The position numbers and the translations under genes were made by a program. The notes beneath the pieces are model-generated. The model saw only the letters and a list, made by a program, of their open reading frames with translations. It had not been told where the DNA came from and did no database searches. Below, one piece after another: positions 37,020 through 48,695 of a DNA stretch of 64,000 nucleotides; within the stretch, counting starts at the first letter, position 1; each line of letters begins with the position of its first letter. Location: NCBI GenBank assembly GCA_002269645.1, contig NIVC01000212.1:248001-312000 (forward strand). The letters are read 5' to 3'. Source of the DNA: Macrostomum lignano. Lineage: Eukaryota.

Positions 37020-37751
37020 ATGTATGGTAGTTGTGCATATATGTAAATAAATATATATTTAAATAAGTTGAATTTACTATATTATTTATAATTTTTGTTT
37101 TCTATAAGATTTTTAATATAGAAATAATTATTGCATATGATTAGTAGATTAAGATTCATTTTTAGTATATAGATTGCAAAGAAGCTTAATATAAGTTTTA
37201 AAGGGAAAGGAAATTTTTGTTTGAAATTTTGACAAAGGAGGATAAATTTTTTTGGGAAGGGCTAAGCCATGAGCAATCCTTCTTACATTTTATGTAGCCT
37301 AGTATAATAAATATATAATATATATATATTAGCTCTTATAATCAATTTATACAAGTTTGTAAAATTAGACATTTCTAATATTAATTCTAACATTAAAAAC
37401 TATTTATCAAGTATATTAGCAAAAAGCTAGTAAAATTGCAACAAAAAATCTATTACATAATTTGAAAGAGACATATCAAAAAGTCTTTGGTTACCAAATC
37501 AAATTTTGAAAAACTTGTGATCAAATTTTAGCTAATTCAAACAAAAATCCTAAAAACCCTTATTTGGCAATTAGAAATTAATAGCCCTATTAGTTCAGGT
37601 GTGATTCAAAGATTTACATTTCTTTGAAAGTGTATATTTCTCATGGAAAGACACATTAGATTTTTCAGTTTGTTGCTCTCACCACAAAAAAAACTAAGAG
37701 AAATATAATAACTTTTGCTAGACAGATACCATATTATATAATTATTTGGTA

Positions 37752-38272
37752 TTCTGGTTAGAAGCTTGGTGTTATGGTCAGAAGCTTGATTTTCTGGTCA
37801 GAAGCTTGATGTTCTGGTCAGAAGCTTGATGTTCTGGTCAGAAGCTTGATGTTCTGGTCAGAAGCTTGATGTTCTGGTCAGAAGCTTGATTTTCTAGTCA
37901 GAAGCTTGGTGTTCTGGTCAGAAGCTTGATGTTCTAGTTAGAAGCTTGATGTTCTGGTAAGAAGCTTGATGTTCTGGTCAGAAGCTTGATGTTCTATTCA
38001 GAAGCTTGGTGTTCTGGCCAGAAGCTTGATGTTCTAGTTAGAAGCTTGATGTTCTGGTAAGAAGCTTGATGTTCTGGTCAGAAGCTTGATGTTCTATTCA
38101 GAAGCTTGGTGTTCTGGCCAGAAGCTTGATGTTCTAGTTAGAAGCTTGATGTTCTGGTAAGAAGCTTGATGTTCTGGTCAGAAGCTTGATGTTCTAGTTA
38201 GAAGCTTGATGTTCTGGTAAGAAGCTTGATGTTCTGGTCAGAAGCTTGGTGCCCTGGTCAGAAGCTTGATGT
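37752..38272. repeat. Minisatellite, 20-bp unit (tctggtcagaagcttgatgt), copy 2 of the 32.7-kb family
   Basis: About 26 units, same orientation as copy 1. Confidence 0.95.
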
Positions 38273-38499
38273 CCAGGTTTTTCTAGTGTTCTGGTGAACA
38301 TATTTCAATAAAATGGGTATATTAAATATGCTTATATAACTTCTAGAGCTCACTGTACATTTCAGGCAAGTTCATATTGAATAATTTAATGAAAAATTAA
38401 ACCTACTACATCAAATGGCCACTCTGCTGGCAACCACCAAACTAACTATTATCAAGAGGCAGCAAAAGCAAGACACCTGAAACAGACGTACTACAAACA

Positions 38500-39030
38500 A
38501 TGAAGTTCTTTAAGCCTAAATTTGCTTGCAACAAGCAATCAGCGCAGGCTCCACAACCGCAAGCCGCCGCTGTAGCAGCTGCTAGTGTTGATGAATCAGT
38601 TCAAGATCTCTCTAAATCGCAGGATACTACTCAGTCTACAGATAAGCAGCAGCCAGTATCCAAGTCTTTGCCAAGCTCGACTGCCACTGCGGCTGATTCT
38701 GTTGATGCAGTCACGCAGCCGCCAGTCAATGCTAGTGGCAAGAAGGAAAGCGAAGCCGCTTGCGCTATGATCACGCTGAGCACAAGTGGCGATCAGCATC
38801 CAGCTACTCGTAAGCCAACGGTACCAAATGTTACATCTGTTGACTTAGATGATGGCGTCGATGAACAGCTGCTGTCCGATGGCGGCGAAGAGGCGGACGA
38901 CGAGTGCGAAGAGGAATCCAAATCGGCGCCAACTTTGGCTAGCGGTGCCGATGGCAGGGTTGGCGGCAAGTATGGCTCCGTTATGACGCTGTTTCAACGG
39001 AAACGACCAGTGCATCATCAACAACAACAT

Positions 39031-39065
<35 letters not shown>

Positions 39066-40947
39066 CTTGCAGAATCTGCAACAGCAAGTAGCTTCTAACG
39101 CTTCGTTGCAGGCCAAGCGTATGGATAATAACGGCGCAGGCCTGCGCACTATGCGGATGCGAGACCTGATCTATTGGTGAGCTGGAAGTTCAAATTGATT
39201 ATTAATGTTTAAAAAGTTTAATATCTACGTGCTTTGGGGGTTTGGCACCGTTGAAAAGGTTATTGTGACAAGAATCGGTTACAGAGTCATTGCAAACAAC
39301 TCACTAGTAGTTGGCTCTGGGGCGACTCTGGTGACTTTCTAACGACTTGCAGAATATCATCCATGAGTCGTTGTTTTGGCGCTTAACTTTCTACTAACTG
39401 AAGTAAACGTTTTTTTGGATCTGCTTGCCAACAGAGTTGTATAAATCAGACTTGCACTTCTGAGCTGTCGCCTGTGATTTGCATCACAATGCCCAAACCT
39501 CCATGGTCCCATTTGTTTGTTTTTTCTTCAGGTGTCCAAAGGATCAGCCGCCGCCAAAGTGGCGCCGCGAATCTGGAGGTCAGCAGTCAACGGGTTCGTT
39601 GATGCCGACCGCTGACAACTCAGCAGCAGCAGCCAGTCAGCAACAACAGCAGCAGCAGGCCGAGCCTCAATCGTCAGTGAAAACCGAATCTACCACAGCA
39701 GCCCGAATGGCACCTCAAGTGATGCTGGACAGTTGCGGCAATATTGTACTTAACGAAGAGTCATTGTATATTCGAGAGTCGGCTCCGGCTATTGTTGAAG
39801 AGGTGCGCGAAGACTGCGCCGAGCTGAGGGCCACTTATCGAAGCTTCCGGAATGTCGGCGGCCGTGGCGCCGCCACCCGTGGCCGGCAGTGGAGCTGCAA
39901 GGAGACTCTGCGATTCTACAAAGCCGTGAGCACAATTGGAACGGATTTCTCCTATATGGCCAGCTTGTTCAAGGGCCGGTCGAGGGAGGAGTTAAAGGTG
40001 AGTTCTGCCCATTCCGTTGAGTCATGAGCACATGCTGTAAGCGCGACAATACTGTCGCAGACACACGCTCGCACAGGGTGTTGAGCGGCCCTGACTTTCT
40101 AATCGACAGACCAATGTATTCTGTGTGTCTTGGATGCTGACCCTCATGCCCGTTGAAAACGTTACTATGACAAGAATCGCTAGAGTCATTACAAACAACT
40201 CACTAGTGACTCTAGTGACTTTAGGGCGACTGTTGAGTCACCTCGAATGAAATCGAAACAACTGGGTTGTAGCGCGAGAGTCAGACGCGTTTGCCGTTAA
40301 GCTGATCTGCCCCTTACCCCGTGTCTATTAATAGATTCTCAAAGCTTATAGATTTTTCGGGCAGACAGAGACAGTCTAAGACTAAGACATAATAATGACA
40401 CACTAAGTCTCATTCATCAGGACACACCAAGACACGAACAATACTAAGTAACATGAAGGCACAAACAACACTAAGACACACCAAGACACAAAAAATACAC
40501 TGAGACACATGAAGACTCTCTGAGGCACATAATACAAGCATACCGTATAAAAAGACAAAGCACATCAGGATTACAGCAAATCTAATCAATTATTTATTAT
40601 AATTTCACCCACAGCGAAAATACAAACGCGAAGAAAAAGCCAATCCGCATCTCATCGATCAGATGTTAAAGAAGCGCAAACACTACGATTTGAGCATGTT
40701 TGAGCTCAGCTCGGACTCAGACACGGGCGCCGATGCAAAGTCCAACTCAGGGTCCGTCAGCGGACAGAAGGCCGCCAAGTTTGGCTCGGGCGGCGGCCAA
40801 GCAGCAGCCAGTAAGCCGTCTGACATTGTCATGGAGGGTCTTAAACGGCACCTTCAGTTGAAGAACAGCGCCGGTGCCAGCAGCAAGAAGCAACAACAGC
40901 AGAAGCAGGTGGAACAGCAAGATCAAACTGTGACGGTTGTTATCTAA
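38500..40947 (+). CDS. BDP1: TFIIIB subunit B'' (BDP1) homolog, 3 exons, ~491 aa
   Basis: Exons 38500-39176, 39532-39997 and 40615-40947 have canonical gtgag/ag sites and total 1476 nt in frame. Motifs: MRMRDLIYW, PQVMLDSCGNIVLNEESL, and the SANT-like WSCKETLRFYKAVSTIGTDFSYMASLFKGRSREELKRKYKREEKANPHLID. Confidence 0.93.
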
Positions 40948-40997
40948 TTAATCTGGCCCTAAATTGTTCACCGCGCTGAAATTCGTAAATCTACTTT

Positions 40998-41190
40998 GAG
41001 GTCAGAAAGGTTTAGGAACATTTGAAGGTCAGAAAGGATTAGGAACATTTGAAGGTCAGAAAGGATTAGGAACATTTGAAGGTCAGAAAGGGTTAGGGAC
41101 ATTTGAAGGTCAGAAAAAGTTACAAACACTTTAAGATCATAAATAGGACCATTTAAAGGTCAGAATGCGTTAGGAACACTTGAAGGTCAT
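40998..41190. repeat. Degenerate 27-bp array (gaaggtcagaaaggattaggaacattt)
   Basis: About 6-7 units, decaying rightwards. Confidence 0.8.
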
Positions 41191-42284
41191 GAAAATTCTA
41201 AGCTGAGTTTGAAACTCCTAAAGGTCAGTAAGATTTAGGAGCTCTTAAACATTAAACTAGGTTAGAAACGTTTAAAGTTCAGTGATAGATTAGGATAGCT
41301 AACTACCACTATTGTCTTGCTATAGGGCGGTAATGAAAAGTTATTTACATGTAATTAAATAAAAAATGAATTAGATTTTTTGTTTAACTCCTGGTTTGAA
41401 CTTATCCTGCTTACTATTATCTAAGTATAATAGTTAATTGCTAACTGCAATAAGTAAGTATCGATAAAGCGATCTCTCAGGCGTTGTGATGATATTAATA
41501 TTGCAATTATTAATTTTGTTCTATCTTGCTATTATTTAATTCATTCGCTTATTTGCATTAGCTATTTTATTTTTATCATGTAAAACACACCTGTAATAGA
41601 GGTATTTCTGTCGATTGTGTTGAAATAAAATTAAAAAATAATGCCCCCTGCTCAAGGTTATGGTAAAATGTTATTATACAGGTGGTTGGTTCGTTATTGT
41701 ATCTTATAATGCCACGCTAATTGACACGTACTTAACCTCTGTACTGGGATCCGTCTCTGATAGTTATAAAAATGCAGTAATGAAAGACATGTAAATCAAA
41801 ACCTGACGATCTTTTATAACTTAAAATCAAACACCCATTTTTTAAGACTTAACTTTGTACATATGTTAACCTTATGTGGAAATTTAATTAATAAGTATTC
41901 CATTTTGTCTCTGTCCATTGCCTAAACTTATTTTATTTTATTTTAGTTAGTCGTCTTGGCAGTTGATAGGCTATTTACATTTTTCCGGATGCTAATCATG
42001 TACTTTGACCGCATTGGACTATTATCAAAGTGTCGGAGTTAAGTACCTTGTGTGCACTGTTTTTGCCAGCTTTTTTTGTCCAGTGATTATAAAAAAATAA
42101 ATCACAGTTTCTACTAAAAGTGAATTGAAATTAAAATTATAGGCTTCGACTGGTTGCTTTGTCACCTTCTTTGGCATGGTTGCTTGCGTGTGCACTGCGG
42201 TGTTCGATCCAATCACATTGGCTGAATTTACTGATGAATAAAATCTATTTATTTAATTCGAAACACTTTATCTTTGCATTTTTT

Positions 42285-44125
42285 ATTCTTTTACACCCTA
42301 GACACCGGATTTTACACCCTAGACATCGGGTTTTACTTCCTAAACATCGGGTTTTACACCCTAGACACCGGGTTTTACACCCTAGACACCGGTTTTACAC
42401 CCTAGACACCGGGTTTTACACCCTAAACACCGGGTTTTACACCCTAGACACCGGATTTTACACCCTAAACACCGGGTTTTACACCCTAGACACCGGGTTT
42501 TACACCCTAAACACCGGATTTTACACCCTAGACACCGGGTTTTACACCCTAGACACCGGATTTTACACCCTAGACACCGGTTTTACACCCTAGACACCGG
42601 GTTTTACACCCTAAACACCGGCTTTTACACCCTAAACACCGGGTTTTACACCCTAGACACCGGGTTTTACACCCTAGACACCGGGTTTTACACCCTAGAC
42701 ACCGGATTTTACACCCTAAACACCGGGCTTTACACTCTAAACACCGGGTTTTACACCCTAGACACCGGGTTTTACACTCTAGACACCGGGTTTTACACTC
42801 TAGACACCGGGTTTTACACTCTAGACACCGGGTTTTACACTCTAGACACCGAGTTTTACACTCTAGACACCGGGTTTTACACTCTAGACACCGGGTTTTA
42901 CACTCTAGACTCCGGGTTTTACACTCTAGACACCGGGTTTTACACCCTAGACACCGGGTTTTACTTCCTAAACATCGGGTTTTACACTCTAGACACCGGG
43001 TTTTACACTCTAGACACCGGGTTTTACACCCGAGACACCGGGTTTTACACCCTAGACACCGAGTTTTACACCCTAGACACCGGGTTTTACACTCTCGAGA
43101 CACCGTGTTTTACACCCTAGACACCGGGTTTTACTTCCTAAACATCGGGTTTTACACTCTCGAGACACCGGGTTTTACACCCTAGACACCGGGTTTTACT
43201 TCCTAAACATCGGGTTTTACACTCTAGACACCGGGTTTTACACTCTAGACACCGGGTTTTACACCCTAGACACCGGGTTTTACACCCTGGACACCGGGTT
43301 TTACACCCTAGACACCGGATTTTACACTCTAGACACCGGGTTTTACACCCTAGACACCGGGTTTTACACCCTGGACACCGGGTTTTACACCCTAAACACA
43401 GGGTTTTACACCCTAGACACCGGGTTTTACATCCTAAACACCGGGTTTTACACCCTAGACACCGGATTTTACACCCTAGACACCGGGCTTTACACTCTAA
43501 ACACCGGGTTTTACACCCTAGACACCGGGTTTTACACCCTAGACACCGGTTTTACACCCTAGACACCGGGTTTTACACTCTAGACACCGGGTTTTACACC
43601 CTAGACACCGGGTTTTACACCCTGGACACCGGGTTTTACACTCTAGACACCGGGTTTTACTTCCTAAACATCGGGTTTTACACTCTAGACACCGGGTTTT
43701 ACACTCTAGACACCGGGTTTTACACCCGAGACACCGGGTTTTACACCCTAGACACCGAGTTTTACACCCTAGACACCGGGTTTTACACTCTCGAGACACC
43801 GGGTTTTACACCCTAGACACCGAGTTTTACACCCTAGACACCGGGTTTTACACTCTCGAGACACCGGGTTTTACACCCTAGACACCGGGTTTTACTTCCT
43901 AAACATCGGGTTTTACACTCTAGACACCGGGTTTTACACTCTAGACACCGGGTTTTACACCCTAGACACCGGGTTTTACACCCTAGACACCGGGTTTTAC
44001 ACCCTGGACACCGGGTTTTACACCCTAGACACCGGATTTTACACCCTAGACACCGGATTTTACACCCTAGACACAGGGTTTTACACCCTAGACACCGGAT
44101 TTTACACCCTAGACACCGGGTTTTA
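42285..44125. repeat. Minisatellite, 21-bp unit (acaccgggttttacaccctag)
   Basis: About 87 units. Probably lies in CZIB intron 1, because no ATG is present between the array and exon 2. Confidence 0.97.
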
Positions 44126-44257
44126 AACCCTAATATTTTTACCCTAAACTTCAGGCCTAGATTTTGCACTCTCATCCTAGTCACTATATCTAAACCGCAA
44201 GGCACTGTACATTCGATCTAAGCTGAGTTAGTCTGGCACCAATATTTCTCGCTGAAG

Positions 44258-46501
44258 GCCTCCCTGCTGCTGAAAGCCCAACTGGAGGGGGTGACGAGCC
44301 TCCGACCTGTCGGCGACGACTTTCGCTGGTACATCCGTCTCCGCTGCCTCAATTGCGGCGACGAAACGCCCGAATTAGTGTACGTCTGCCTGGACGAGGA
44401 GCACGAGATCCATGGCAGTCGGGGTACGGCGCATCTGGTCATCAAGTGCAAACTGTGCCACCGAGAGAACACGCTCAGCATCCTGCCTGACAGCATTGCC
44501 TCGTATGACTTGGATGATTCTAACAAATTCAAATCTATTGTCGTATTCGATTGCAGAGGAGTTGAACCGACCGAATGGAGTCCGCGGATTGGCTGGGCCT
44601 GCGCTGGAGCAGAAACTGGCACCCAGTTTCCCGAGGTGAGGCTCTGACTGAGATGGAATGTGATGAAGATTGGGATTGGACAGGGACACTAGAAACAGCG
44701 TAACTAAGACTAAGTACGCTTAGTACGGGAAGACTAAGTATGAAGGATATTTGAAAGGATGTATCAGAAACATAGGAAAGAATGTGTCAGAAGTATGTTA
44801 AGAAGCATGTGTCAGGAGTGTGTTGGGAAGCATGTGTCAGGAGTGTGTTGGGAAGCATGTGTCAGGAGTGTGTTGGGAAGCATGTGTCAGGAGTGTGTTG
44901 GGAAGCATGTGTCAGGAGTGTGTTGGGAAGCATGTGTCAGGAGTGTGTTGGGAAGTATGTGTCAGGAGTGTGTTGGGAAGCATGTGTCAGGAGTGTGTTG
45001 GGAAGCATGTGTCAGGAGTGTGTTGGGAAGCATGTGTCAGGAGTGTGTTGGGAAGCATGTGTCAGGAGTGTGTTGGGAAGCATGTGTCAGGAGTATGTTG
45101 GGAAGTATGTGTCAGGAGTGTGTTGGGAAGCATGTGTCAGGAGTGTGTTGGGAAGCATGTGTCAGGAGTGTGTTGAGAAGCATGTGTCAGGAGTGTGTTA
45201 GGAAGCATGTGTCAGGAGTGTGTTGGGAAGCATGTGTCAGGAGTGTGTTGAGAAGCATGTGTCAGGAGTGTGTTGGGAAGCATGTGTCAGGAGTATGTTG
45301 GGAAGTATGTGTCAGGAGTGTGTTGAGAAGCATGTGTCAGGAGTGTGTTGGGAAGCATGTGTCAGGAGTGTGTTGGGAAGCATGTGTCAGGAGTGTGTTG
45401 GGAAGCATGTGTCAGGAGTGTGTTGGGAAGCATGCGTCAGGAACATAGGAAAGAATGTCAGAAACATAGGAAAGAATGTCAGTAACATAGGAAAGAATGT
45501 CACGAACATAGGAAAGAATGTCAGGAACATAGGAAAGAATGTCAGGAACATAGGAAAGAATGTCAGGAACATAGGAAAGAATGTCAGAAACATAGGAAAG
45601 AATGTCAGGAACATAGGAAAGAATGTCAGAAACATAGGAAAGAATGTCAGGAACATAGGAAAGAATGTCAGAAACATAGGAAAGAATGTCAGGAACATAG
45701 GAAAGAATGTCAGGAACATAGGAAAGAATGTCAGAAACATAGGAAAGAATGTCAGGAACATAGGAAAGAATGTCAGGAACATAGGAAAAAATGTCAGGAA
45801 CATAGGAAAGAATGTCAGGAACATAGGAAAGAATGTCAGGAACATAGGAAAGAATGTCAGAAACATAGGAAAGAATGTCAGGAACATAGGAAAGAATGTC
45901 AGGAACATAGGAAAGAATGTCAGGAACATAGGAAAGAATGTGTCAGGAGTTGGTTGGGAAGAATGTGTCAGGAACATAGGAAAGAATGTCAGGAACATAG
46001 GAAAGAATGTCAGGAACATAGGAAAGAATGTCAGTAACATAGGAAAGAATGTCAGGAACATAGGAAAGAATGTCAGTAACATAGGAAAGAATGTCAGGAA
46101 CATAGGAAAGAATGTCAGTAACATAGGAAAGAATGTCAGGAACATAGGAAAGAATGTCAGTAACATAGGAAAGAATGTCAGGAACATAGGAAAGAATGTG
46201 TCAGGAGTATGTTGGGAAGAATGTCTGAGAAACAATTCGAAAGGATGTTTGATAAAAATTTTGGGAATTGTGTCAGGAAATTTGGAGTATATAAGCAAGA
46301 ATGTCTCTTAGAAACGCGGCTGTTCACAAATTTTAAAAACAAAATTCTCTTATTAGAAATTTTTTGAAAAATTCCTCTGCAAACCCGTTTGTCGTCACGC
46401 AGGTGAACCTGACTGAACTTGACTGGTCCGACTTCGACGAGAAGGCCAAGGCGTCTGTTGGTGTCTATGAGGTTGAGTACAAGTTCACGCATACCAAGTA
46501 G
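44258..46501 (+). CDS. CZIB: CXXC motif zinc-binding protein (UPF0587 / C1orf123 homolog); start-codon microexon not located
   Basis: Exon 44258-44635 encodes ASLLLKAQLEGVTSLRPVGDDFRWYIRLRCLNC...VIKCKLC...FDCRGVEPTEWSPRIGW...FPE|gtgagg. Exon 46403-46501 encodes VNLTELDWSDFDEKAKASVGVYEVEYKFTHTK*. Two CxxC motifs; size matches the ~160-aa family. Confidence 0.92.
44760..46230. repeat. Compound intronic minisatellite: 25-bp unit (gtgtcaggagtgtgttgggaagcat) switching to a 21-bp unit (gtcaggaacataggaaagaat)
   Basis: The switch occurs at about 45440. It fills most of the 1767-nt CZIB intron. Confidence 0.95.
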
Positions 46502-47481
46502 GAATTGAGCGAGACATAGCAACCGTTACTAAGGCTTGTGTTGTTTGATCTGCTGACAATTGCACGATCTTGTTTTCTTTAATTAGTTAAATTATTAACT
46601 ATAATATATGAATGATGCTGAACCCAGTGATACTGGTGCATATTAGTGAGTTATCATTGTCACTTATAATTCAAATTGATGAAATAAATAAAGGTTACTG
46701 ATAATAACTATATACGCTAATTTGCAGCTTAGCTGTAAGTACCTACATGTTGAATAGACTTCATAAGTTTATTGCTGAATGTTGATTAAATCGGTGATGG
46801 ATTATGACAAATATACGCAAATACCAAATCAAGTTTAACCTTTGATGTCTGTGCCAAAAAGGCCATGAAGTATCTTTATTTTCTTCTATTATTTGTTTTA
46901 AATACTGCAGTGTTCGAAGATTTTATAGTACTGGTTGATTTTTGGACTGAATAAGCTGTGATGTATCGATCTGACGGAGCGCATGTACTCGTATTATCAC
47001 ATCAGGATGAGCTGGAAGTCTCAACTAATTAACCACTCGATGCGTCCGTCTTCAAGACAGGCAGTGACTGCGCTATGTACATGTAGAGATCAATGGCTGG
47101 ACTAGCTTGTATCAAGGATGAAGGTATAATTATACTCTTGGTAGCAATTGCACCTAGCGGATTTCTAGATTACCGATAAAGTTGGTCAAGGACTACTAAC
47201 TATTAACTCGTGTTGTCACGCAACAAAAGTTAAGCAACAATTTTAAAGCTATAATTTCAGTATCACGTGTGTAGGCGTAGCCTAGTGATTCCGCACAATA
47301 GCTGCGGCTGAGCTGCTGGTTGCACAACTGGCCTTTAGGGCATGGGTGTAGTCAATTTGTGTGGAGGAACCACGAGCATGAAATAGTGCAGTCACTCGCC
47401 GTAGCATCCTGCTGATCTCACCATCCAGTTGATGAACTCTTGGGGCAGCTGCTGCCAGGCATTCAAAACCGCTTGTCACAA

Positions 47482-47535
47482 GTCGAACCCCAGACCTTTC
47501 AGTCGTGAGTTCGACGCTCTAATTACTAGGCTATA
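47482..47535 (-). mobile_element. tRNA-derived SINE head / tRNA pseudogene
   Basis: The minus strand reads TAGCCTAGTAATTAGAGCGTCGAACTCACGACTGAAAGGTCTGGGGTTCGAC (A box, CTCAC loop, B box), similar to 57475-57550. Confidence 0.55.
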
Positions 47536-47889
47536 CACGGGATACTGAAATCTATATACTGCTTCTGTGTGCAATCTCTTCTCCATAGGACGAAGCATCG
47601 AATTGGAATCAATGACGAACCAAAAGGTTCATGACTAAATTTGTTAAAGCGTGTAATATTTTTGAATAGAAAGAAATTGGTAGCACTGCAGCAGAAACAG
47701 TATGTAAGGCTGTTTTATGTGTATGTGGAAATTTATTTGCTAGCTAATAAAAATTTGACGTGAAGCAATAAAGAACGCTATAATGTGCACGTACAGTAAC
47801 TGAGCAACCATCAGAATGTTACTAATAAAACATTAATTACTTGGACTACTTAAACTGGATGTACACCTAGCAACAGGTTAAATTTTTTT

Positions 47890-48463
47890 TCAGAACTCAG
47901 CCCCAACTAACACAATTCAAAACTACAACACAAGGCCCTGTCTGGCTTAGGTTGATGAGGTCTGAGGAGAGGGTTTGGAGGTAGAGTGTGATTAATGCTG
48001 TCACTGGTTTTGGCCCTTTGGGTGGAAATTTCAACATGTTGCTTAGTGCACGTATACTCGCTTGTGACTCAAATAATAACTATATATGTATTACATCTCA
48101 CATGTATATTATAGTAGTGAAGTGAAAAGCAAAATAGTTACGAGTAAAATTTGCCTCAAGTGAAATGCAGCCATGCCTCATCAATACAAATATGTTATAA
48201 CACCTAATTGACGATAAAAATCTGCAAAATATCGAAGGTTTTTTCTTACGACAAACGCCGATCCTCAATTTGTACCGTAAATAATTTGTTTATTAACAGA
48301 AGTCTCCATTCCGAAACCAGTGATCGACAAGTGACAAGCTTTATTCCACCCAACTCCAGCCATAGCGCCCTTCACCCTCTCCTCATCAGGCCTAAGCTTG
48401 CTTGGAGGGCCTTGTGAGGCAAATTACATCACCCGCATTTGACACGAGGGGGCTGAGATCTGA
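47890..48463. mobile_element. Degenerate element with imperfect long terminal inverted repeats
   Basis: tcagaactcagcccc...cacaaggccctg..gcttagg..gatgagg..gagagggt at the left is mirrored by accctctcctcatcaggcctaagc..gggccttgtg...ggggctgagatctga at the right. Confidence 0.5.
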
Positions 48464-48695
48464 GAATACTTGATCCACTGGTTTCGGAGGTGATAACTTT
48501 AACATGCCAGAGTGTGCCTTTCATATCGAAGTTTGTATAACTGTGCTAAATTACAGGCTATCACCTTGATTTTATTAGATTCAATGTCAGAAATTTTGTT
48601 TGAATCGTCATTTCGACTTTTTTTAATTGCTTGTTTCGCAAATAGTCTAGTAACTAAGTGACTCCGAATGATTGTGCAGTCCAGCAGCCAATCAG

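Noticed and set aside
42570-46311. Cys-rich repetitive ORFs (CKTRCLG)n, (CWEACVRSVLGSMCQEC)n and (RNIGKNV)n as metallothionein- or keratin-like proteins
   Set aside because: They coincide exactly with minisatellites in or next to CZIB introns, have no unique N- or C-terminal sequence, and appear in several frames.
38500-46501. BDP1-CZIB as an operon or functional cluster
   Set aside because: Same strand but ~3 kb apart, functionally unrelated, and there is no sequence evidence for co-transcription.
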